A stretch of 64,000 nt of DNA. Source: Tubiluchus corallicola. Its lineage: Eukaryota > Animalia > Priapulida. The stretch lies in assembly GCA_030141605.1 (NCBI GenBank), contig JAQGDQ010000984.1, positions 9,201 to 73,200 of the forward strand. Direction: 5' to 3'. Position numbers and translations under genes: made by a program. The notes below the pieces were generated by a model that did not search any database, had not been told where the DNA came from, and saw only the letters and a program-made list of their open reading frames with translations. Of this stretch, positions 11,879 through 24,367 are shown one piece after another; position 1 is the first letter of the stretch, and every line of letters begins with the position of its first letter.

Positions 11879-12551
11879 GAGAATAAGTGTAAAGATCTAA
11901 CATTTAAAACTTTCGCCACAAGAAATGTGATATTTGCTTGTTTGTAGAGAATCACCTAAGCAAATCCTAGCAAGAAACTGCTTATTCTGAGTTAACCTTT
12001 TTTACATATACATGTATGTTTATAGTGAAACAGTAGGCCTATAGTCTATTATATGCACCATAACTGAATACAAGAAAAGTTAATTACGTAAACGAAAAGT
12101 TCTCGATAAAAATGTCTCATTTTAAGTGAGTCATTAATGTCTAAATAATTAATTTAATTATTTTCTTTTAATTCGTTAGTTTAAACTTTAAAATTAATTA
12201 CTCAAACCTGTTTACATTTGCGTGAGCATTGTGATTCGTCTTTGGCAAAATTTAACATTACGTATGCAAAATGTTCTCAATAAAAATGCTTGATTTTAAG
12301 TGAGTCACTAATGTCTAAATAATTAATTTAATTATTTTCTTTTAATTCATTAGTTTAACTTTTAAAATTGATGACTCTGACCGGTGTGTACTTGTGTGAA
12401 TTTTTTCCCATCCCAAAATGCATTGTATAAGGAGGTTTGACTGTACTTCTATTCTAGTTCAAATATTCAAAATTCTATTTTACTTAAACTTTTAACACCA
12501 AAATACTCACTTAGATTATTGAACAGAGCTACGCAAAAATTCAGTATTGTA

Positions 12552-13485
12552 CAGTCAACCTTTCCTGGATATAAGGGACACCTCCCGACCGGAAAAAACC
12601 GTCTCTTATATCCCATGACCCTTATAGTCGAAGTTGAGTCAGACCGAGGGTGTTCTTAGACCTGTACTTTTCTGTACTTTTACCCGTATTTTTATGGATT
12701 ATTGCTACACACTCAGTGCAAACGGCATGTAGGAAGCTCCTTCAGTAACGCGAGATGTATGTGACTGTAAAAACTGAGCTGTTCGAAGGCCGAGTTTATG
12801 AAAAATTGAGGTTAAAAATCGATCAATTTCACTTGATTTGATAGTGCTATGAGCATATAGTTAATTAAAAAAACCAGATTTAAAATAATTAGTTTGTTTT
12901 GAAATGGCGGTCAGTTATTAAAGTTCAAAAAAATGACTAAGTCCAGTTTGAGCAAAAGGTTAAAAATTGTACTTTTGGCATTCTATTATTTATAACTAAG
13001 GATTCCAAATACAGGCTTTAGTATGTTAGTGTTGTTAAATGGAGTGCATTGCACGAGAAATAATCATATCAAGTCATATGGCAACATAGTATTCGTTTTT
13101 CCAGCATCCAAAATTCATCCAAATGATGTTTTACCTTAACAGGTGTGAAAATGGACCTTTTACAAAAGTGTGCTAACTTGTCAACTTTAGAGTGTTATAA
13201 AAGATGCCAATTCAGCTGATAGTTAATTGTTAATATAATTTTTGGTAGCCCATTGTAGTGTAATTAGATAATCATAAACATTTTGCACCTCCACATTTAC
13301 CTGGGTTTCCATTACGCGGGACCTGAAGATATCATCCCTTATAACCAAAAGTCTCTTATATCTGAGTGCCTTATATACGAAGATTTTTATAAGGAAAACA
13401 GTCACGAAAAATCAGGATCGGTGTTGGTGGTCCCTTATAAGCGAGTGTCCTTTATAAACGAGTACCCTATACCCGAGGTTGACTG
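12552..13485. mobile_element. pogo/Tigger-like non-autonomous element
   Basis: TA + cagtcaacct ... aggttgactg + TA, with subterminal ccttata repeats. Confidence 0.78.
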
Positions 13486-13609
13486 TACTATGAGGTTGTA
13501 CTAGAATGCTGAATACAGTTCTTCAATTCCTGCTGCCGTTTTGTTAAATTGTCGTTTTCACTGTAAGCAAATTAAGTTTCATATTTTTGTATACATGTAG
13601 TACATTGTT

Positions 13610-14842
13610 TATTTGTTTATTTACCAGTTGTTTGTTTATTTTGCTAAATATATTGTTTCATTTCCAGGCAACACTGCAATGCATGTTTACTTTACCAGCT
13701 GTGTTATTTTGCTAAATGTATCGTTTCTTTTCCAGGCAACACTGCAACGCTTGTTCATTTTGCTAAATGTATCGTTTCTTTTCCAGGCAACACTGCAACG
13801 CTTGTTCATTTTGCTAAATGTGTCGTTTCTTTTCTAGGCAACACTGCAACGCTTGTTCATTTTGCTAAATGTATCGTTTCTTTCCCAGGCAACACTGCAA
13901 CGCTTGTTTATTTTACCAGCTCTGTTTATTTTGCTAAACGTATCGTTTCTTTTCCAGGCAACACTGCAATGCTTGTTTATTTTGCTAAATGTATCGTTTC
14001 TTTTCCAGGCAACACTGCAACGCTTGGTTATTTTGCTAAATGTATCGTTTCTTTCCCAGGCAACACTGCAACGCTTGTTTACTTTACCAGCTCTTGTTTA
14101 TTTTGCTAAACGTGTCGTTTCTTTCCCAGGCAACACTGCAATGCTTGTTTACTTTACCAGCTATTTGTTTATTTTGCTAAATGTATCGTTTCTTTGCCAG
14201 GCAACACTGCAACGCTTGGTTATTTTACTAAATGTATCGTTTCTTTCCCAGGCAACACTGCAGTGCTTGTTTACTTTACCAGCTCTTGTTTATTTTGCTA
14301 AACGTGTCGTTTCTTTCCCAGGCAACACTGCAATGCTTGTTTACTTTACCAGCTATTTGTTTATTTTGCTAAACGTGTCGTTTCTTTCCCAGGCAACACT
14401 GCAATGCTTGTTTACTTTACCAGCTATTTGTTTATTTTGCTAAATGTATCGTTTCTTTGCCAGGCAACACTGCAATGCTTGTTTATTTTGCTAAACGTAT
14501 CGTTTCTTTTCCAGGCAACACTGCAACGCTTGGTTATTTTGCTAAATGTATCGTTTCTTTCCCAGGCAACACTGCAGTGCTTGTTTACTTTACCAGCTCT
14601 TGTTTATTTTGCTAAACGTGTCGTTTCTTTCCCAGGCAACACTGCAATGCTTGTTTACTTTACCAGCTATTTGTTTATTTTGCTAAATGTATCGTTTCTT
14701 TGCCAGGCAACACTGCAATGCTTGTTTATTTTGCTAAACGTATTGTTTCATTTCCAGGCGACACTGCAATGTTTGTTTACTTTACAAGTTCTTTGTTTAT
14801 TTTGCTAAATGTATTGTTTATTTTCCAGGCAACACTGCAATG
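13610..14842 (+). repeat. Tandem array (51-nt and 68-71-nt units) of the FEM1C intron/exon 2 junction, 20 acceptor copies
   Basis: Each unit has ttttgctaaa(t/c)g..tttc..ccag|gcaacactgca; 19 copies counted before the real acceptor at 14827-14828. Confidence 0.93.
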
Positions 14843-16186
14843 CACGACTGTGCCGAATCGGGCGCATTGAACATAATGAAATTACTTCTCACTCATGGTG
14901 CTAAGATGAGCCCCGACTCAAACGGAATGACCCCTCTGCTGGCCGCGGCCGTCACGGGACACACGGAAATCGTCGAGTATCTCATCACCCGGCCGGAGAT
15001 CAGCCGACTGGAGCACATCGAGGCGCTGGAGCTGCTCGGCGCCACGTTCGTGGACAAGAAGCGGGACATGTTGGGGGCGCTGCAGTACTGGAAGAGGTCC
15101 ATGGAGGAGAGGTTCTCCGAAGCGGCGCCTCCCATGCCGAAGCCCGTCACCATCTCGCAGATCGGCGCCTACGAGAACGTGCTGGAGGTACAGTCGCTGG
15201 ACCAGCTGGCGGATCTCATCTCCGATCCGGACGAGATGCGGATGCAGGCGCTGTTGGTGCGCGAGCGGATTCTCGGGCCCGCCCACCCGGACACGTCTTA
15301 CTACATCCGCTTTCGGGGAGCCGTCTACGCCGACATGGGCAACTTCCGGAAGTGCATCTCCCTGTGGATGTACGCGCTGGACATGCAACAGCGGCTGCAG
15401 GAACCTCTCGGACCGATGACCCAGAGCTCCTTCCTGTCCTTTGCGGAGCTCTTCTCGTTCATGATGTCCGACACGCGGTTCCACCTCCACGAAAAACCAA
15501 AAGTGGAGTTCGCCGACGTCATGTGCATCTTTCGGAAGAGCGTCACCGAAGTGGAGCGCGGAGCGGAGTACCTGCGAACGATCGTCCCGCCTTCCGCTCG
15601 CGCCGGCAACTGCCCGCTGGAGAAGGACACCGTCCACTTCACGCGAACGGTCATCATCACGCTCCACCTGATCTGCATCCTGTGTCACATCCAGCCGAAC
15701 ATGACGGAGGACGAGGAGCAGGAGATGAAGACGGCCGTCTACAGCTACGTTCACACCGAGCCGCGCGTCCACAACAGCTCCACGCTGCTCCACCTCGCCT
15801 GCAGTCGACAGAGCACCACCGTGGGGAAGTATCCGGTGTGCAAGTTTCCCTCCCTGCCCGTCGTGCAGCTGCTGCTGGAAGTGGGCGGGTCCCCGACCGC
15901 CGTGGACGGCGACGGCAACACCCCCCTCCACGTGGTGGCGAAGAACCACGTCCGCGAGCCGGAGATCATCAAGACTCTGCTGGAAGGCGGAGCTCACGTG
16001 GATACGTGCAATCTTCAGCGGCAGACATTCGTGGATCTTTTGCAACCCGGTACGGTACAAGAGATAGTCTCTCCACTGAGATACATGACATTGCAGTGTC
16101 TGGCTGCCAGACAGGTTAGAAAATACGGCTTACGATACAAAAACACGTTAACTAAGAGGCTAAGCGATTTCGTTGAACTGCATTGA
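14829..16186 (+). CDS. FEM1C: Fem-1 homolog (FEM1C/A-like) coding exon 2 to stop
   Basis: ttttccag|GC AAC ACT GCA ATG CAC completes KG-NTAMHDCAESG. Also contains ALELLGATFVDKKRD, DPDEMRMQALLVRERILGPAHPDTSYYIR and the C-terminal TLQCLAAR (VHL/BC-box) ..FVELH*. The joined CDS is 1902 nt (633 aa). Confidence 0.95.
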
Positions 16187-17173
16187 TTAGCATAATTTTG
16201 TTAAAGGAAAACCGGACGATTGTTTAGATAATTAGCAGAAGCACAAGTACCATTATACTTCAAACTAATATTATATGAGAAAAATTCAATATTGGGAACC
16301 CTGTGGATCTGGCACCCCATCCTAGATACGCCTTGAACTTGGTACAGTAAACTCTGCATAGCTGAAAATCGTACAACTCAAATTTTGCGTAACTCAAAGA
16401 ATTTCAGTTGAGCGGATGAAATCCTTCGTTTTTCTCACAAAAAAACTTTGCTTAACTCAAAATATGTAACTCAAAATTTCGCCTAACTCAAATAAAAAAT
16501 TATGGCTCATTTAATCAAAATACTTGTAATTTAATTTGCTCTAAAATGCAATTTATACTCTAGAAAAGCAAAAGTTGACGTGTATACGGTTTACGATACA
16601 AAAACACGCTAACTAAGAGGCTGAGCGATTTCGTTGAACTGCATTGATTAGCAATTAGCATGATTAGCGTGATTTTGTTAAAGGAAGACCGGACGATCAT
16701 TTAGACTCAATCTCATTTTAATTTACTGTCCAAAATATACATTTTACATGTCAAATGTAGACATGCGTTAACTCAAATGTAATTTTGTTAAAAGAAGACC
16801 GGACGATTGTTTAGATAATTAGCAGAAGGCTAACACAGAGTACCCATTTTACTTCAAAATAATATTATATGAGAAAAATTCAATATTGGGAACCCTGGCG
16901 GTTGACCGTCGAACTGGCCTTGTACCTGTCAGTTCAGTTGTGACGTGGTAGACAATTCGAGAGCTAAAGGTTAACACAGTGATAATTTGGAATTTGAATT
17001 AGTAAAACTTAAGATTTGCACAATTTTGCTGTATCACACTGAATGTTATACAGTAGCACTGTACTTCAATTTTCGCTTTCGCAAATGCATACAACACCCT
17101 CGTTGGATGTTTGTGCTGTTGAAAATCATGTTCACTTGTTACGTAATCACTAGCTGGGGCCGTTAATAATTAA

Positions 17174-18179
17174 TAAAGTAAAAATCGGACGATTGTTTAG
17201 ACTCAATCTCATTACTGTCCAAAATATAGGTTTTACATGTCAAATGTAGACCTGCGTTAACTCAAATGTAGATTTAGGTAATTCAAATGTGTCTTGGTAA
17301 CTCAAATGTAGACTTAGGTAGTTCAAATGTGTTAACAATGGTTTTCAAGAAATCTTAAGCATTTTTGGTAAGTCAAATGTAGGCACATGTCAAGTCAAAT
17401 GTCCTATGTCTACATTTGACTTACCTAAGTCACATTTGAGTTACCAAAACACATTCGAGATTCCTATGTCTACATTTGACTTACCTAAGTCACATTTTAG
17501 TTACCAAAACACATTCGAAATTCCTATGTCTACATTTAACTTACCTAAGTCACATTTGAACTTTCCTGTGTCTACATTTGACTTACCTAAGTCACATTTG
17601 AGTTATCAAAACACATTCAAAATTCCTATGTCTACATTTAACTTACCTAAGTCACATTTGAACTTTCCTGGGTCTACATTTGACGTGTAAAACCTATATA
17701 CATTTTCTTGTATATAAAAGTTAACAGTTAAATCTAAATAATTAGCTTGGAAAGTTAATTAACGGCAACCGAACACAGCTATTGCTTACATCAGAAACTA
17801 ACCACAGTTTGTGCAATGGCAGGCGTCTTCTCTTGCGTGTCAAGCTTGTTTGCATAAGTGTTACTGCTTAAATGCATGATGCCACGAAAACTGGGCTCTG
17901 CATCATATTGCGTCAGAAACTAACACTGCAGTTCATGATCATGGTTATCATGGTACCGCCTTCTATTTGTCAGCCACCCGAATGTGACAAAAAGGTACCA
18001 TTGCCAATCTTAGTAGCTTCACTGAGCCGCGCGTAACTTTTAAAGTTAAAATTTGAGTGTCCGAGGTAATTGTTATTTAATCTAAGCTTTGATTTAAAAT
18101 AAGCTATTGTAGTTTTCAATATTTTAGAGCATTCTTTATTCTGAACTCGTGTTTACACAATCATCCGGTTTTCTTTTAA
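17174..18179 (-). mobile_element. Kolobok/T2-like MITE, family B, with family D inserted at 17227-17696
   Basis: Reverse complement of 43994-44550, interrupted at a TA. Confidence 0.8.
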
Positions 18180-18899
18180 TGTGTCTTGTAATGATTTAAT
18201 GAAAGCTATGATAATTTAGAGCCATATTTTTAATTTATATTGATTTTTTAGTTTTTTTGTGGCTCGAAGCTCGTCAGTGATTTCGTATTAATAGAAAAGC
18301 AAGTGAACGTACTTAAATTGAGAAATTTAGCGAGAATAGAACGTAGTTTATGTAAATTGTAAGTTAAGTGAAACGTTGAAGAGCAATAGGGGAGATCTTC
18401 TTAGTCGTCTCTCGCGAGTTTAAACGAAGCAAATTAAACTCGCGACTGCTGTAGCTCGTGATATTTTCGATGATGCAATGATGATGATGATGATGATGAT
18501 AACTCCAAAGGGTATTATTATTGGCTAACGCAACTATTAAGAATTTATGTGAAAAGTTTTCACGAATGTATGCAAAAAAACGCGTTTGAACATGTTGGGG
18601 TTTCTAGTAGTTTTTTTTGCAGAGAGGAAGCCCAGTTGTGTTTGTTTTCTTTATCATAACTTGTTTTTTTCACCAGTCTGTAGTAAATTGCTTAATTGCC
18701 CCGCTTTACCTGTGTAAGTATGATGAACAACGAAAACAAAAAATTGTTTTTTTTATCGTTTTTGGCAAATACCGTACAAAACGCTCGCTTGTTAAATGTA
18801 ATGGCTGTCTAATATGCTGTGGCGACTTGGCAACTAATTATTCCTTTAATATAAGTACTATGGAATACAAGTTAAAATGCTCCAGGCTGGCGTGCTGTT

Positions 18900-19740
18900 A
18901 TTCATTCACTGTTGAATGTAAAGGTGTCTATGGCTTAGCTGTTGGCATTCTAGCTATTCGTTCACTGTTGAATATGAGATTTCCAAGGCTTTGAATTTGG
19001 AATCTAATTATGCATTCACTATTGAATATAAGGTGTCTAAGGCTTAGTTATTGGCATTCTAGCTATTCGTTCTGTTGAATATGAGATGCCTAAGACTTAG
19101 CTGTTGGCATTCTAACTATTCATTCTCTGTTTAATACGAAATGTTCAGGGGTTAGCTGTTGACATTTTAACTATTCATCCACTGTTGAATAAGAGATGTC
19201 CAAGGCTTAGCTGTTGACATTTTAATTATTCCTCCACTGTTGAATAAGAGATGTCCAAGGCTTAGGTGCTGGCATTCTAACTATTCATCCATTGTTGAAT
19301 ACGAGATGTCCAAAGTCTTGCAGTTGGAATCTAATTATTCACTCACTGTTGAATAAGAGATGTCCAAGGCTTAGGTGCTGGCATTCTAACTATTCATCCA
19401 TTGTTGAATACGAGATGTCCAAAGCCTTGCAGTTGCAATCTAATTATTCATTCACTGTTGAATATAAGGTGTCAAAGGCTTACGTGTTGGCATTCTAACT
19501 ATTCATTCACTGTTGAATATGAACTGTCCAAGACTTTGCAGCTGGAATCTAATTATTCATTCACTATTGAATATAAGGTGTCTAAGCCTTGGCATCTACT
19601 TATTCTTTCATTATTGAATGTAAGATGTCTAAGATTTTGCAGTTGGCACCTAATTATTCATTCATTCGCTGGTGAATATGGGAAGTTTGAGGCTCAACTA
19701 TTGGCATTCTGTGTATTCTTTCAATTTTGAGTATAAGCCG
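18900..19740. repeat. Degenerate minisatellite, unit about 57 nt
   Basis: Recurring tattcattcactgttgaata..gatgtccaaggcttag..ggcattctaa. Confidence 0.8.
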
Positions 19741-20404
19741 TGGCTCAGCAGTCAAAATCTAATTTTCTCTTGCATTTTGTTTGTGGAATTTTGTTTCTTT
19801 AGCACTGACACTTGCGTTTGAGGAATGTTATATTACGATAAACTATTTGTGGTTTGTTATTGTTTCAAATAAATTCTTTATCCAAATAAAGTGTTGAATT
19901 TTCCTTTAATCGCTTCAAGAAATGAACGTAAATGGAAGAAAATTTCAAACATCATAATAGACGTGTTTCAAAAGCAGCAGCTTAAGTATTTCTGCTTTTA
20001 AAAATGACTTTATTTCGAACAAAAGACGTCAGGCGTGAATATAAAGCTGTTAGTGAAGTGAAAATGCCCATCACAAATTATCATCAACTGCTGTTAGTAT
20101 TTTTACAAGAGCGCTATACTCCTCAGAACAGGAAAAATAACCATTACAATAAAATCTCTATTTATTTTTCTAACATACTAACCGTAAGCTTTAAACATTT
20201 TTAAAATTTTAGTCAAACTGTCATAATTGTCTTATTAAATGTCTTGTTGAGAGGGTGGCTGACCTCGATAACTTATAGTTCTTTTACCAAACTTTCACCA
20301 CTAATCAATAATTACTTTTGCACTTTGTAATATTATTGTATGTTGTACATATTTATAAATCACTTAGTTATGTATTTTGCTATTTTAAAAATGGTGATTA
20401 ACTA

Positions 20405-20770
20405 ATAAACTTACTCACTTATTTACTTACTTACTTACTAACTAACTTACTAACTAACTAACTGACTTACTTACTTATTTACTTACTTTCACTCACTCAC
20501 TCACTTACTAACTAACTTACTAACTGACTGACTGATTTACTTACTTTCACTCACTCACTCACTCACTTACTAACTATCTTACTTACTTACTAACTAACTA
20601 ACTTACTTTCTTACTAACTTACTTACTAACTAACTGACTGACTGATTTACTTATTTACTTACTTTCACTCACTCACTCACTTTCTAACTTACTTACTTAC
20701 TAACTAACTTACTACCTAACTTACTTACTTACTAACTAACTAACTTACTTACTTACATTAAACTTACTAA
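20405..20770. repeat. Compound tetranucleotide microsatellite (ACTT/ACTA/ACTC/ACTG)n
   Basis: Direct reading of the sequence. Confidence 0.92.
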
Positions 20771-21156
20771 GCAAGGCAGGGAGTTTAGTTACCACTATAC
20801 TTGGGCGTATACATTTCAAAAAAAAAATCAAAAACCACGACAAACGATTCATAACGGACACAATTATTATTATAACATCCAGTGAAAAATACACGATATG
20901 ATTTTAATTGTCTAACTACGTTCATTTACATAACAACATTTTAATGATGAAAACAGAAATACGGGCATTTTAACACAATCAAAACATTTTTTGATAACGC
21001 AGGGACAAATTAACATGTACAGGTTTGTCCAAAAAAATCGAAACGATTCGTGTGAAAATAGGGAGTCCCCGCTGTATGTGCAACGGCATTACTAGAAAAC
21101 GTGATTTCACTCCAACAGAGAATCTTCACGGGAAGCGACGCATTAGGAATACTGTT

Positions 21157-21650
21157 TGCAATTGCAAAACGCGACCTTTTTCATTGTGTATGCAATTGCA
21201 AAACCCGACATTTTTCATTGTGTATGCAATTGCAAAACGCGACCTTTTTCATTGTGTATGCAATTGCAAAACGCGACCTTTTTCATTGTGTATGCAATTG
21301 CAAAACCCGGCATTTTTCATTGTGTATGCAATTGCAAAACGCAACCTTTTCATTGTGTATGCAATTGCAAAACGCAACTTTTTTCATTGTGTATGCAATT
21401 GCAAAACGCAACCTTTTTCATTGTGTATGCAATTGCAAAACCCGACTTTTTTCATTGTGTATGCAATTGCAAAACCCGACTTTTTTCATTGTGTATGCAA
21501 TTGCAAAACCCGACATTTTTCATTGTGTATGCAATTGCAAAACGCAACCTTTTTCATTGTGTATGCAATTGCAAAACCCGACTTTTTTCATTGTGTATGC
21601 AATTGCAAAACGCAACCATTTTCATTGTATATGCAATTGCAAAACCTGAT
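21157..21650. repeat. Minisatellite, unit about 34 nt, containing the palindrome TGCAATTGCA
   Basis: tgcaattgcaaaac(g/c)c(g/a)acctttttcattgtgta repeated about 14 times. Confidence 0.9.
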
Positions 21651-21856
21651 TTTTAAATGAGTTCCACACATTTTCAATTCTTTTAGTTTAGTTTAGTTTT
21701 TAAAAAGCGAAATTTCTTGACACGTCTGTTGCACCGTAGAATGAGCTACAAGCAAATACACTCATCGTTTATCTACTTAAAAAAACAGATTCTAGGACAG
21801 TTCTTGCATAAATTAAATGATTTAACAGCAACACAATCAACCAAGGGAGTTATGCT

Positions 21857-22650
21857 TTAAAGGAAAACAGGATGATTTTGTACCCTATCCCATTCTAAAG
21901 CATGTAACAACTGACAACAAACTGTGTGAGCGACAGTACTTTCTCTACCTAGCAGCAGATGCTAGCAGTGCAGAGTACAGCGTGTTATCTCACACATGGT
22001 CACATGTGCACAACAGCCAAACACACCACTCTGCTGGGTTGTATACTGGACCGTATAAGTATAAAGAAAGAATTAAAGAAAAAAGATTTATTATATTGAA
22101 TATTATCGATAATGTTGAGTGAAAATAGGGGGTGCTGCAGTTCCACAGTAGCTATACACGAGTCGCCACTGGCGTAAAAATGCCAAAATTTGCGATAATT
22201 AAATAATAGGTTAAAAACTAGCGAGCCCAACCGTTGATGACATCACAAACTAACACAATTTTCAACATCAAAGATATTCCACGAGCGTGTTGCACATGTT
22301 TGCTAAAGCGAAAATTTAAGTACAGTGCTACAGTAAGACATTCAGTGTGGGTACATAAAGACTTAGCAAACTTTAAAATTAAAGTTTCTTAAGTTTTCCC
22401 ACTGTGCTTTCGCATGAACTCTTGAACGTGTGCACTACATCACAACTGAACAACTCTGAACTGAGAAGTACAGCTCCAGTTTTTCTGTGCAACACATTAC
22501 CGAGATGCAGTTACTAGTAGTGATTATTACTCTGTGGTAATAATTCTTTCACGTAAGTCATTCTTGAAACAATGGTACGTTTCCTTTCAACATTTCAAAG
22601 AGTAGATTGTTTTGAGTTGCAACTTAAGATTGGGTCCGGTTTTCCTTTAA
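21857..22650. mobile_element. Kolobok/T2-like MITE, family E (fragments near 10530, 16900, 34600, 60700)
   Basis: TTAA + aggaaaacagga ... tccggttttcct + TTAA; related sequence recurs in the window. Confidence 0.72.
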
Positions 22651-23435
22651 AGCGATACACATTTACAATAAACACAAATCAGAAACCTTATTTACAAACT
22701 ATATTTCTGCACCAACAGAATTTAAACTAATCATCGGAACTACGTCATAATTACACTTATCCCGACACTACAACAAAAAATATTTACAAAAATTAACAAC
22801 AGATGGAGCTGCGCGAATGAAAACAATGCTATTACTTGGTCACGCAAGACCAGCAACGCTCTCTTGCCTTGCTTGCATAACACAAACCTGCGTTTACAAA
22901 TCGGTAGGTTTAAGACAAATCGCCATGCTGTACAAAAACTAAAGAACTAAAAAACTGACGTTGCCATGGTTACATTCAACAGCTACAACTTCGCTGTACC
23001 AAGAAGATGACTTTCTAGAACCTTGAAATACGAACGACATTATTTTACAATTCATATATATAATATGTATAAACACGTATTAATATTATATGAGGAAAAT
23101 ATATTTGCAAATTTCAGTGCTTTTCTATACAAGAAAAAGTTACGTATTCTTATGTATAATTAAAGATTAACAATCACAAATATCATCAAGGTGCACTAAC
23201 TTGCGGTTATTCAAAAATGGCACTGTGACACCAGTACGTGTGGTGGCATCTACTGTTGAAAATCTAAACCATTACAAGCCGATAACACTTTAAAGAATGC
23301 CACTAAATTAGGCGTCAAAAAACTTGGACAAGAAGCGACATGAATTCATGACAGGCAGATTTATTAATCAAAACAAATAAGTAGATCAGCCCTGTGGATC
23401 TGGCACCCCATCCTAGATACGCCTTGAACTTAGTA

Positions 23436-24092
23436 CAGTAAACTCCGCATAGCTGAAAATCGCGCAACTCAAATTTTTGCGTAACTCAAAGAATTTCATT
23501 GGAACAGATGAAATCCTTCGTTTTTCTCACAAAAAACATCGCTTAACTCAAAATACATAACTCAAAATTTTGCCTAACTCAAATAAAAAATTATGGCCCA
23601 CTTGTAATTTAATTTACTCTAAAATGCAAGTCATACTCTAGAAAAACAAAAGTTTTCTACAACTCAAAAACAGTAACGTCTTCCGGGAAAATTCTGATGT
23701 CTTATAAGCCCCCTCCCCGGATTATTTTCCCCGGGATTGATTTTTCCGTGTTGCGTACGTGTCCTTTTGTAACACAAGAAAATCGTGTTTCACTACATAA
23801 TTTGTTATTCTTTACGTAACTGTCATCAAATCTCATTCTTTAAGTATAGAAGGGTTGACTTTCTACCGTTTGTTTAGCTCGCCGCCTGGTGGAGGGGATT
23901 AGAGTTTCTATGCTGGAAAATGGTCAACATCACGTCCTCTGGAGAAGGGGTTTACAGTTTCTTGGCTACAAAATGGTCAACATCACGCCATCTTGAGGAG
24001 GGGTTTAGAGTTTCTATGCTGGAAAATGGTCAACATTGCCTAACTCAACGTTTTTTCGGTTGCATTGGATTTGAGTCATGCGGAGTTTACTC
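23436..24092. mobile_element. pogo-like non-autonomous element
   Basis: TA + cagtaaactccgcat ... atgcggagtttactc + TA; taactcaa subterminal repeats. Confidence 0.72.
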
Positions 24093-24367
24093 TACTCAGC
24101 TTATTGCTAAACACAAAGGACAACAACTTGGCATCAAGAAACGTGAACACAAATTATATTGGCATGAAAAAACGCAATTTTTGCAACTAACTCTAAAGAC
24201 AAGACTTGGCTACACATTAGAACTAATAGATCGTAATATTTACATCAACAACAAAAAATCAGTAACAAATGCATAATGGCTGCTGAATAGTAACACAAAA
24301 TTCGCCGAACAAAAGTAAAAAAACTCGTATCTGAAAAGGGCAGGTCGGGCAAAAAGAAGTGCACATC

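Noticed and set aside
14918-16119. Long antisense and alternate-frame ORFs (380 aa, 255 aa) over FEM1C exon 2
   Set aside because: Shadow ORFs caused by high GC3; no recognisable domain.
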